A DNA stretch of 64,000 nucleotides from Pseudomonadota bacterium (GTDB lineage: Bacteria; Desulfobacterota; Desulfobacteria; Desulfobacterales; RPRI01), in assembly GCA_043825875.1 (NCBI GenBank), contig JBDRRF010000103.1:48150-112149 (forward strand). The letters run 5' to 3'. Positions 9,725 to 18,148 of this stretch are shown in pieces (position 1 is the stretch's first letter; each line of letters opens with the position of its first letter). Under the pieces are notes generated by a model. That model ran no database searches and was not told where the DNA came from. It was given only the letters and a program-made list of their open reading frames with translations. The translations under genes were made by a program, and so were the position numbers.

Positions 9725-10143
9725 ATTTTTATCTCTACCATCTCTTTTACTTGGCATTTCCCCTGTGCGATTGTTACTTTTTTCCCATTAGTAAAAGTCA
9801 ACTTCAGTTCGGCAACTTTTAGTGCAATCGAGATATTTTCCATGATCCCTAGCAACTGGATTTTATCACCTGGATGAAAGGGATGCCTATAAAGGATGTT
9901 TTGCGAAATAAGCATTACTTTATATTTTCTCATCTCAACGCCAACCAATGAAGATATCATTAAACCGAGAAGGTTGCCATAACATACTATATTTCTGAAT
10001 CCATATAATTTTGAATAGTTAGGGTCGATATGAATTGGATTATCGTCTAAAGATATTTCTCTAAACTTATTCATAATATCTATTGTTATTACCATATTCC
10101 AATGAAACTCTTGTCCTATTTTAAGCATCTCAATCATATACAA
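9721..10143 (-). CDS. MaoC-like hotdog-fold dehydratase/hydratase
   Basis: 140-aa ORF with DDNPIHIDPNYSK, matching the MaoC dehydratase signature. Confidence 0.75.
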   Translation of the reverse strand: MYMIEMLKIGQEFHWNMVITIDIMNKFREISLDDNPIHIDPNYSKLYGFRNIVCYGNLLGLMISSLVGVEMRKYKVMLISQNILYRHPFHPGDKIQLLGIMENISIALKVAELKLTFTNGKKVTIAQGKCQVKEMVEIKI

Positions 10144-10223
10144 TTATTCTCATATCCATATAAATAACTACTAATACGCGCCAATAATTATGTGAGGATA
10201 GCTGCTAAACCCATCCTACAACT

Positions 10224-10565
10224 ACATCAAGTATTCGAATATCGATGCTATAAGCAATAAATCGGTATCCTTCTTCTCTTCGCTGTTGAAGCTGCATTAC
10301 CTCCGGCTCAACAATATGGATGCACGTAGCTTTACCCGATGCACCCCCAACTGATTCTTATAGTGGCCATTACCTTTTGCATAAAGCGAATGCGATTAAT
10401 AATCCGTGATGCCTAATGATCTGGAGAGCTCGTAAGAACCGACAATAAACCCGTCGACACTATCAACGACAGACTTTCAGCAAGATTATCAACAGGCTTG
10501 GATATGTTCAATCTGAACACAGTGGCTTCATGACTTAGCCAATCCTTATATGCTTAGAATGAAAT
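10224..10565 (-). pseudogene. Decayed copy of the 3-prime third of the HpcH/HpaI aldolase gene
   Basis: Manual alignment shows 10224-10565 colinear with 11747-12081 inside the intact aldolase gene. Roughly three quarters of positions match. The last ~60 nt (cttggatatgttcaatctg...ggcttcatgact.agccaatccttatatgctt) are near identical. Indels are present and no long minus-strand ORF remains. Confidence 0.75.
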
Positions 10566-10696
10566 CAACAAGTCCAACAGGTTCTCTAACAGCTTTTTCA
10601 TACAATCATTCTTACCATATAGATTCATCTGCCGTTCATCCTTTTCCAAGTCCGCCGACGTATGACACGGTCAAAACATCAGCTACTTTCTTAGCA

Positions 10697-11656
10697 CTAG
10701 AAATTCCCTATTTTTTCATCACACCCACTGGCCCAACTATCTATGGTAAATAGATTAGAGATTTTTCTAAATATTATTTCAATTCTTCCTTTACCCTTAA
10801 AATTACGAAGAACAAATTTTTCATTATTTTTCAAATATTGTTTAATATGTACATGCATCTCCTTGGACAATATACCAATTTTAGAAGATAAATTTAAAAG
10901 GACTTCAGCTAAATCGAAATATTCATATGCAAGATATACTGTAACCGCTCGTAATATCTTATCTTCATTAACATTCTTATCAGAGCAGATATTTTCTGGG
11001 GTTTTGAAATATAATGCATCTCCAAAAATAATTTGGCCTTTTTGTCCTGGACCATAATGATGTGTATTGTTTCTTCTCCAATAATACCTTTTTAAATCGA
11101 TAAGTTCGAAACCACGACTTGTTATGAATTGATCGATTTCGGGAAACAGGGGTTGATCCTTGTAGATGGGCAAAAATTCAACCTCAACCTCCAGGCCGAT
11201 CACATTTTCAAGCGTTTTTACAGCACCTTCCAAAATTGATAATTCATATCCTTGTGTATCAATTTTGATGAAATCAACTTCAAGCAAGCCGGCTTTACGT
11301 AATTGGCTATCCATTGTATCAGTTTTCATTGTTATGGTATTTACTATGTCATGCCTTTCAGCCTCTGGATATTTGCTAAGTAATTCAAAATTTGGCATAA
11401 AAATTGACGAGACTTGTTGTTTTCGGCAGAGATTGAATTTTAGGTCTTTGGGAAAATCGGATAAAGCACTGTTTAATACTATATAATTATCGCCTACACT
11501 TTGTTTCAACCTATCATATTCCCTGGGATCTGGCTCAAAGAGCACCGCTTTAAAATTAGAACCAGCTATCTTTGGCCATCTTGAATGGAGTCCGCCACTG
11601 GCTCCTACATCAATAACATAAATAGTTTTGTTTTTTAAAATGCCTTTATTACTCAT
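10697..11656 (-). CDS. FkbM-family SAM-dependent methyltransferase
   Basis: 319-aa ORF with VIDVGASGG SAM motif and IKIDTQGYE, typical of the FkbM family. Confidence 0.8.
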   Translation of the reverse strand: MSNKGILKNKTIYVIDVGASGGLHSRWPKIAGSNFKAVLFEPDPREYDRLKQSVGDNYIVLNSALSDFPKDLKFNLCRKQQVSSIFMPNFELLSKYPEAERHDIVNTITMKTDTMDSQLRKAGLLEVDFIKIDTQGYELSILEGAVKTLENVIGLEVEVEFLPIYKDQPLFPEIDQFITSRGFELIDLKRYYWRRNNTHHYGPGQKGQIIFGDALYFKTPENICSDKNVNEDKILRAVTVYLAYEYFDLAEVLLNLSSKIGILSKEMHVHIKQYLKNNEKFVLRNFKGKGRIEIIFRKISNLFTIDSWASGCDEKIGNF

Positions 11657-11710
11657 CCATCCGCCTCAAATTGTCTTTGTTTAATCAGTAAAACTTCTTA
11701 TATATATCTG

Positions 11711-12481
11711 CTATGAATGAATCGACATTATTGCAGTTCTACAGGTAACATCCAGCATTCGAATATCGACGCTGTAAGCGATAAACTGGTAATTTTCCTT
11801 GATGCGCTGTTGAAGCTGAGTTACGTCCGGCTCAATAATATGAATGCCTGTAGCTTTACCCGAAGTGAGTCCCACGCTTTTTATCGTGGCCATTGTCTTT
11901 TGCATAAGCGGATGCTCAAAATCACCGGGGACGCCCAACGATCCTGAAAGATCGTAAGGTCCCACAATAAAACCATCTACGCCCTCAACAGACAGGATTG
12001 CGACAAGATTTTCTACAGCTTGGATATGTTCAATCTGCACGATTACAATGGCTTCATGACTAAGCCAATCCTTATATGCTTCGAAGGTGTTACCGTAACC
12101 CTGTGCCCGTGCCAGCCCCACCCCTCTTTTTCCTTGTGGCGGGTAACGAACAGCTGCAACGGCCCGCTCTGCCTCGGCGGCAGAATTCACCATCGGCACG
12201 ATTATACCATATGCGCCCGCATCCATAACTCGTTTGATTTGAACAGAATCATTGGTCGAAAGACGGACTAAAGGTACAGCTCCACACAGATCGATTACCC
12301 TGATCAATTCCTCGGCCTCCCGAATTGTGATAACACTGTGCTCCAAATCGACGGCCAGCCAATCAAATCCTGCCTTCGCCATGATTTCCGCAATCGCCGG
12401 ATGTGCAAGCGTGATCCAGGAACCAATACTCAATCCATTATTATGCAGTTTCTCTTTAAGTGTAGCAATTCTCATTTTCAA
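11711..12481 (-). CDS. HpcH/HpaI family class II (pyruvate-dependent) aldolase
   Basis: 256-aa ORF. WLAVDLEHS, IIVPMVNSAAEAE, QIEHIQAVENL and DGFIVGPYDLSGSLG match 2,4-dihydroxyhept-2-enedioate / 2-keto-3-deoxy-sugar-acid aldolases. Confidence 0.85.
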   Translation of the reverse strand: MKMRIATLKEKLHNNGLSIGSWITLAHPAIAEIMAKAGFDWLAVDLEHSVITIREAEELIRVIDLCGAVPLVRLSTNDSVQIKRVMDAGAYGIIVPMVNSAAEAERAVAAVRYPPQGKRGVGLARAQGYGNTFEAYKDWLSHEAIVIVQIEHIQAVENLVAILSVEGVDGFIVGPYDLSGSLGVPGDFEHPLMQKTMATIKSVGLTSGKATGIHIIEPDVTQLQQRIKENYQFIAYSVDIRMLDVTCRTAIMSIHS

Positions 12482-12556
12482 TCATCGCCCTTCTATTTGG
12501 CAGTAGTGTTAAGAATTTTTCGCTTTTTATTGGCAGCGCCCTTTCATTGCCTTTCA

Positions 12557-14371
12557 CTAATTATATTGACAAGGAATTAACGCCCTGAGCAAAATATTCC
12601 AGCCCAAAACGCTTTCCAGTCTGGGGATAGGTTTGGGGTTGAGATTTTTATAAATCACGAGCCCGTTTTCCTTATAAAGCAGTTTATTATTTTTGTCACT
12701 TTCCACTTTGATCATATATCCCTGCCATGGGGGGAGGTTCGGATCAATGTAAACCACTTCCTTAGTCTGAATGAAATAATATTCAACGCCTTCCGGGTGA
12801 TATCCCAGGTACCATGCCTTTTGCCTGTTTGTTACATATGCCTGCATGGCAGCATCAATCCTATAAGCAACCGAAGCGTCTTTAGGTATATATTCCCTCA
12901 TTTTTTCTAAGACATGCTCATATTTAGCGTTAACAGGCGAGGATCTAATAAACACAATTTTCTTATTTGTAATACCAGCCCATGGATAGTTATTTGAAAA
13001 CCATAAAGTTGTGGATATTATGCCTGCAGCCATTAGAATTAACATCAAATATTTATTATTATCGGCGACTGCTTTTTTGTCCGAGATTGTTCCCGGACTA
13101 AACATGCAGGTAAGTACCATAAAAGCGCTTAAATACACCGGAACAACCATGTTTGCATTTCTATGGGAAGCAATATCATAACTTCGGAATAAACCCATTA
13201 CGGCACCAACAGCAGCAAATACAAGCAAGCCAATGAGAGGCCAATTCCAGCACTTATCTCTTTTTATTCCTAAAAGAGGAACAAAGCCGACTGTCAATAG
13301 CAGGAGAAAGATATATACTGCATGGTATAGAGATGCTCGGATAAATGATGTGAAATCAAGCTTCAAAAAAAGTTGGATCATAGTACCGGTAGGTTGGCTC
13401 GACAGATCCCAAATACCTCGCAGGCTTTCCCTGATAATGGCCTGATCCCACAACATAACCAAAAGACCGATCACTAAAGTTATAATGCCCTGCTTGGGAG
13501 CTCTAAAGAAAAGAGCTATTATTACACCAAGCGCAATTACGGAATATGTATAAGGCATATTGATAATTGCTAGTAGGAACACAAAAACATAAAACAACAT
13601 CCAGCGTCGTGAAAATAATGAGGCAAATACATAAGGATAAACGGCGTATGATATTAGGTCAAATTGACCGCTCATCAAAATGGATCTTTCCACCCATGGT
13701 AATAGACAAAATCCCATTGCCGCCATAAGCGCCATTATTTTTGACCCCTTGAGTGCGCGCACCGCTAAATATATTCCAAATGATCCGAAAGTAATAACCA
13801 CTATGACAACGGCAAACACATGCATTGGGGGATTAGGATAAAACCAATAGAGGGGAGTTAGTAAAAGGCTTGGCAGTATTTGCGGCACCGTAGAAAATGC
13901 CGAAGCGTAAAAGAAAGGATTAGCATGGAAATAGAGAGCGCCGTTATATTTAACCGTATTTTCAGGTCCGATTCCAGCGCATAGATTATGGAGTACCTGA
14001 GCAAAATAGGCCCCGTTCCCATGGTTGTACTCATACAGATAGGGATTCATAAATATATCAATCCCAAACCAACCGATGACCAGTATGATAAACATACCTA
14101 AAATTAATTTATAATTTGATTCAATAAACATTCGCCACGGATGCCGGTTATCAAAGATAAACCGCCACCTCAATAGTACATAGTCCTTACATAAATAGAG
14201 GCTCCAGAAAAGCATAATAAAGGTAGTCGTTGCCCTGATGAATCTTGTTCTGTCTATGGTAATCCGGGGAAGAATTAGAAAAAATAGAATCAGCGAAACA
14301 ATAAGTAGTAAAATTGATTTGTTCAGGATATTTCTTTTTGTCAATATTTTTTGCATACGATCAATGCCCAT
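12557..14371 (-). CDS. Polytopic membrane protein, GT-C-like (DUF2079-like by recollection) with soluble C-terminal domain
   Basis: 604-aa ORF with at least 10 hydrophobic segments, then a ~140-aa hydrophilic C-terminus. The start overlaps the upstream stop (TAATG). The family assignment is from memory only. Confidence 0.55.
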   Translation of the reverse strand: MGIDRMQKILTKRNILNKSILLLIVSLILFFLILPRITIDRTRFIRATTTFIMLFWSLYLCKDYVLLRWRFIFDNRHPWRMFIESNYKLILGMFIILVIGWFGIDIFMNPYLYEYNHGNGAYFAQVLHNLCAGIGPENTVKYNGALYFHANPFFYASAFSTVPQILPSLLLTPLYWFYPNPPMHVFAVVIVVITFGSFGIYLAVRALKGSKIMALMAAMGFCLLPWVERSILMSGQFDLISYAVYPYVFASLFSRRWMLFYVFVFLLAIINMPYTYSVIALGVIIALFFRAPKQGIITLVIGLLVMLWDQAIIRESLRGIWDLSSQPTGTMIQLFLKLDFTSFIRASLYHAVYIFLLLLTVGFVPLLGIKRDKCWNWPLIGLLVFAAVGAVMGLFRSYDIASHRNANMVVPVYLSAFMVLTCMFSPGTISDKKAVADNNKYLMLILMAAGIISTTLWFSNNYPWAGITNKKIVFIRSSPVNAKYEHVLEKMREYIPKDASVAYRIDAAMQAYVTNRQKAWYLGYHPEGVEYYFIQTKEVVYIDPNLPPWQGYMIKVESDKNNKLLYKENGLVIYKNLNPKPIPRLESVLGWNILLRALIPCQYN

Positions 14372-15006
14372 TAGATGGCTGCCTTAAGTAGTTTTTTTGA
14401 GCGGCATAAAACCATAATCCATGGGGTAGGAGTAAGAACATCAATAATATCAAAATATGAGGATAGCAATTTTAATAGAGCGGTTTTTGACCAATGTTGA
14501 ATATGACCAGGTGTGTTGCCAAGCTCAAAAATATATTTAAAGCGAACAAGATTCATAATTCTCCAGAGGGGTTCCCGTGGCACACTGATAATGAGAAAGG
14601 GATCAGCTAATTGTTCCAAAATAGCCAAAGCATTGACCGGGTTATGGAGATGTTCAAGAACTTCTGAACATAAAATCAATTTTGCCGAATCGCTGGTAGC
14701 CAAGTCATAAATACTGGCAATTTTAAATTTAATATCTACCTTGGCTCTTCTCGCATTTTCCGATGCAATTTCGATGATTTTTCCCGAAAAGTCGCTTGCG
14801 ACAACTTTCTTCTTCTGTTTTGCCAAAGCAATGCTAAGATTCCCCTCCCCACATCCGACCTCGTGTATCTCATTTACACCAGTCTTGGAAACCAAAGCAT
14901 CAAGACAGTCATGAAATCCTTTCATCATATACCTTACGACTGGATTCGCTGAAGCGTATTTATCATAAAGATTACCAGCAATTATGCCGTCTTCTATGAT
15001 AGTCAT
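14371..15006 (-). CDS. Class I SAM-dependent methyltransferase
   Basis: 211-aa ORF with motif I HEVGCGEGNLS and the EVLEHL motif. Confidence 0.8.
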   Translation of the reverse strand: MTIIEDGIIAGNLYDKYASANPVVRYMMKGFHDCLDALVSKTGVNEIHEVGCGEGNLSIALAKQKKKVVASDFSGKIIEIASENARRAKVDIKFKIASIYDLATSDSAKLILCSEVLEHLHNPVNALAILEQLADPFLIISVPREPLWRIMNLVRFKYIFELGNTPGHIQHWSKTALLKLLSSYFDIIDVLTPTPWIMVLCRSKKLLKAAI

Positions 15007-15054
15007 TTCCTTATCCTTACATCAATACCAAGTTCAAATAGCATGATTACCAAC

Positions 15055-16398
15055 TCATTTGATTAAAAAACTTTTTATAAAACCAAAACTATTTCTAATG
15101 GCTGAGCTAAAATCTGCTCTCGTCAAATTGTAAAGTATAATAGACGGACGTAAATAAAATTTTAAAAGTGCCTTACGTTGCCAGTTCACCAGATCCTTTG
15201 GTTCTAAATCATTGACTCTTATAACAGCATTCCCCCATCGTCTATAATCTGCCCAATTTGAAGACAATAAACTCAATCCACCAACTCCAGACTTTGCATA
15301 TTCATAATATTCTGTTCCCGGAAACGGTGTTCCTATATTAATATAGGCTTGTTTACATTTTAATTTTTTAATAAAATTAATTGTGTTTTTAATAGTTTCT
15401 TCCGTTTCTTCAGGCAGACCGAAAATAACAGAGAGCCTTGTTTCTAGACCAACCTCGTCGGCTATTTTATAGGCCTTCTTTATTTGGTCAAGAGTTGTTC
15501 CCTTTTTTGCCGCATCTAAAATATGTTGATTCCCGGACTCTACACCAAAAGATATTCTGTTAAGCCCTGCCTGCTTTAATTTTTTAAGCAAATCAAGCGT
15601 TACCACATTTACGCGGGTATATCCTTCAAATGTAATATTCAGTTTTTCCTTGATTATCGAATCGCAGAGGTTAATTGTCCTTTCATGATTAAGGCCGAGG
15701 GTATCATCTAAAAAGCTGAAGTGCCGGATATTATATTTGTCAATGACCATCTTAAGTTCTTCGATAATTCCAGGGACGCCACGATAACGAACATGGTTTC
15801 CGAAGATTACCTTCTGCGAGCAGAATATACATTTAAAGGGACAGCCCCTCGATGTCATAATCGTCGCCATGGGTTGAATGCCTTTGCCGGGGACGGACCA
15901 TACATACTTTTGATTATCCAGGAGATCCCGATTCGGAAAACTTATGGAATCAAGATCCTTAATCAATGGCTCCTGCGCCATTATCCCTCTGGCCGGAGAT
16001 TTCAAAAATTTATTAAAAGCAACTTCGCCTTCACCTGGAATTACAGTGTCAACAAAGGGGCTGGATATGACGGATTCAGGCACTGCGGAACAATGTGGTC
16101 CACCTGCAACCGTCCAGATATATGCACTATGTTTTTTTACTATTTGGAACAGATCAAAAGCCTGATTAACAAGAGGCGTCGTAAATGTCACACCGATAAT
16201 GTCAGGCTTGAAGGATTTCAAGGTATCTAAGAGATTAGGGTTCAATTCAAGATCAATAATTTTCGTTTCGTGATCGCCCTCAATATTTGCAGCGAGTGAG
16301 GCAAGCCCCAAAGGAGGATATAGAACTCCGATTTTTGCCGCCGGAGAGAAATTTCCATAAACACCGGTAAAGGATGGATTAACCAACAAGATTTTCAT
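15055..16398 (-). CDS. B12-binding-domain radical SAM enzyme (class B)
   Basis: 447-aa ORF with N-terminal B12-binding-like domain (KILLVNP...IIGVTFTT...AGGPH) and cluster motif SRGCPFKCIFCS. Confidence 0.85.
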   Translation of the reverse strand: MKILLVNPSFTGVYGNFSPAAKIGVLYPPLGLASLAANIEGDHETKIIDLELNPNLLDTLKSFKPDIIGVTFTTPLVNQAFDLFQIVKKHSAYIWTVAGGPHCSAVPESVISSPFVDTVIPGEGEVAFNKFLKSPARGIMAQEPLIKDLDSISFPNRDLLDNQKYVWSVPGKGIQPMATIMTSRGCPFKCIFCSQKVIFGNHVRYRGVPGIIEELKMVIDKYNIRHFSFLDDTLGLNHERTINLCDSIIKEKLNITFEGYTRVNVVTLDLLKKLKQAGLNRISFGVESGNQHILDAAKKGTTLDQIKKAYKIADEVGLETRLSVIFGLPEETEETIKNTINFIKKLKCKQAYINIGTPFPGTEYYEYAKSGVGGLSLLSSNWADYRRWGNAVIRVNDLEPKDLVNWQRKALLKFYLRPSIILYNLTRADFSSAIRNSFGFIKSFLIK

Positions 16399-16413
16399 TA
16401 TATAAAATTTTCC

Positions 16414-16968
16414 TCATTTACTAGCAGTGGTTTTAAGGATAAAAAGTTGATTTAGGCCGATAAGAAACTTCTCGTATTTATCAATGCTAATGTCCGCTTG
16501 GGCAACGATACCATTCATACGACTAAGATTAATTAGTTTTTCATGTTGCTCGTTGGCAAGAGAGCTGAATAATCCTATCTGCGTACCCAAGTAATGTATA
16601 ATATCTGCCATCGGATGAGGCGTTGTGATGATAATCCAACCGTCCGGATTTAACATAACACTCATACTCCTAAGCAAATCCACAGGGTTTTTTATATGCT
16701 CGATAACCGCAAGTAAAACAATACTATCAAATTGCTCGTCCTCAGGCATGATTGTCTCAAACCTGAATCGGGGATTTTTCATCCGTGCGATATTAATCGA
16801 CGAAATATCGATATCCACACCTATGTAATTATTCGGCGTACAAATTTCAGCCAGAGACCCGGTACCGCAACCATAATCCAGAATTTTCCCCCGTAAATAC
16901 GGCGAGACCCTTTTTATTCTCTGTGTGCGTAACCACGGAGATAACAAACCAATCATCTGATCAGCCAT
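16414..16968 (-). CDS. Class I SAM-dependent methyltransferase
   Basis: 184-aa ORF with motif I ILDYGCGTGS and the LLAVIEHI motif. Confidence 0.8.
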   Translation of the reverse strand: MADQMIGLLSPWLRTQRIKRVSPYLRGKILDYGCGTGSLAEICTPNNYIGVDIDISSINIARMKNPRFRFETIMPEDEQFDSIVLLAVIEHIKNPVDLLRSMSVMLNPDGWIIITTPHPMADIIHYLGTQIGLFSSLANEQHEKLINLSRMNGIVAQADISIDKYEKFLIGLNQLFILKTTASK

Positions 16969-16991
16969 TGTTTAACATTTTTCTCCAATTG

Positions 16992-17981
16992 TTATTTTCG
17001 GACTTCATCTTTCTTAATACTTAGAAATAAATACCCAAGAAGGCCCACTATAGAGGCACTGATAATAAGCATTGAATGCATGACAATGGCGCTCAGCACT
17101 GCACTGTTTTTATCGAGCCCGACAAACAGAAAACCAAGTACCCAGCCGGCATCAAGAAGCCCGGTATTTCCCGGGGCATTTAAAGGAAGCATGGAGGCAA
17201 ACAGAGCGAAAGATGAGCCCACAATAGTTGCTGTAATTGAACAGCGTATATTTAAGCTGATCATGACTATCTGAAATATTAAAATGGATGATATACTGCA
17301 AAACAGTGTTGATACAATTAAATATGAATGAGTTCTGATATTCCCCATCTGAGTGGTACTATGCAGAAAATGACCGAGGAGGTGAAGAATTTTTTCTTTC
17401 ACCGATATTAATAAATTTATTTTCCTTATTAGAAGAATCAAGATACGGATAAGCCTTGGCAAATTCCACAATAATAAAATTATTATTATAAAAATCAGCA
17501 GGGCAGCAGATATCAGCAAGGGTGAGCGCTTTAATACATGCCCGAAAAAGGAAGCCGCAAAAACGAAAATCATGGAAATCATGAGAAAATCGTAAATACG
17601 AATTGTGATCAATATTCCTGTAGCATGGCCAATTTCCATGTGAAAATGTTTTTTCGTCAAATACAGAAAAGACAACTCCCCTGATCGTGCAGGCAAAATA
17701 TTGTTCCAGAAGCTATGAATTGCCACTATGCTTAATAATTTTAGGGGATTTACATTTGAAAGCTCAGGGGTATTATGCAGACGAAATGACCGGAAACAGC
17801 AAAGCAGAATATAACCGATAGGTATACAGAGCAACTTTGGGAGATCTGCTTTTTTCATTATTTCATATGTTTTTGATAAATCGACACCCCTACACATCCA
17901 CCAGATCAAAAAGAGAATAATCAGGGATGAGACTGCATATCTAATCCCGCGGCGGTATTCAACATATGTCTTTCCTGACAA
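16992..17981 (-). CDS. Flippase-like integral membrane protein (UPF0104 / lysyl-PG synthase TM-region family)
   Basis: 329-aa ORF (TTG start) with ~8 hydrophobic helices. Its position next to a DPM1-like GT2 is the usual context of this family. The family call is from recollection. Confidence 0.55.
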   Translation of the reverse strand: MSGKTYVEYRRGIRYAVSSLIILFLIWWMCRGVDLSKTYEIMKKADLPKLLCIPIGYILLCCFRSFRLHNTPELSNVNPLKLLSIVAIHSFWNNILPARSGELSFLYLTKKHFHMEIGHATGILITIRIYDFLMISMIFVFAASFFGHVLKRSPLLISAALLIFIIIILLLWNLPRLIRILILLIRKINLLISVKEKILHLLGHFLHSTTQMGNIRTHSYLIVSTLFCSISSILIFQIVMISLNIRCSITATIVGSSFALFASMLPLNAPGNTGLLDAGWVLGFLFVGLDKNSAVLSAIVMHSMLIISASIVGLLGYLFLSIKKDEVRK

Positions 17982-18148
17982 GTAAGAGATAAATTATTCC
18001 TTTTAACTTCCTGAGATAAATTAATACTTTTCTGAAAAAAAGAAGTATGAATTCAATTCCTGTAATCGTTCACAGGAATAACCATTACGAATGAAATCGA
18101 AAGTATTGCCATGGAAAAATGATCCGAAGATCTTGAGGTATTTTCTAA

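Noticed and set aside
10550-10753. 67-aa plus-strand ORF in the gap between the MaoC gene and the FkbM gene.
   Set aside because: It spans the decayed aldolase fragment and runs antisense into the FkbM gene end. It has no RBS and no motif, so it is likely spurious.
12482-12556. Direct repeat TTGGCAG ... TTGGCAG in the spacer between the GT-C-like gene and the aldolase gene, considered as a sigma-54 or operator site.
   Set aside because: It is on the wrong strand for the minus-strand operon and its spacing does not fit the -24/-12 consensus. The evidence is too weak to call.
15721-16230. Long antisense ORFs inside well-supported genes: 15721-16230 (+), 52264-52728 (+), 28302-28715 (+), 1216-1641 (+), 40267-40653 (-), 43245-43628 (-), 59145-59540 (-), 57207-57566 (-).
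   Set aside because: Each lies entirely within an opposite-strand gene that has clear family motifs. Their translations are low-complexity or Cys/Arg-rich with no recognisable motifs. They are shadow ORFs.
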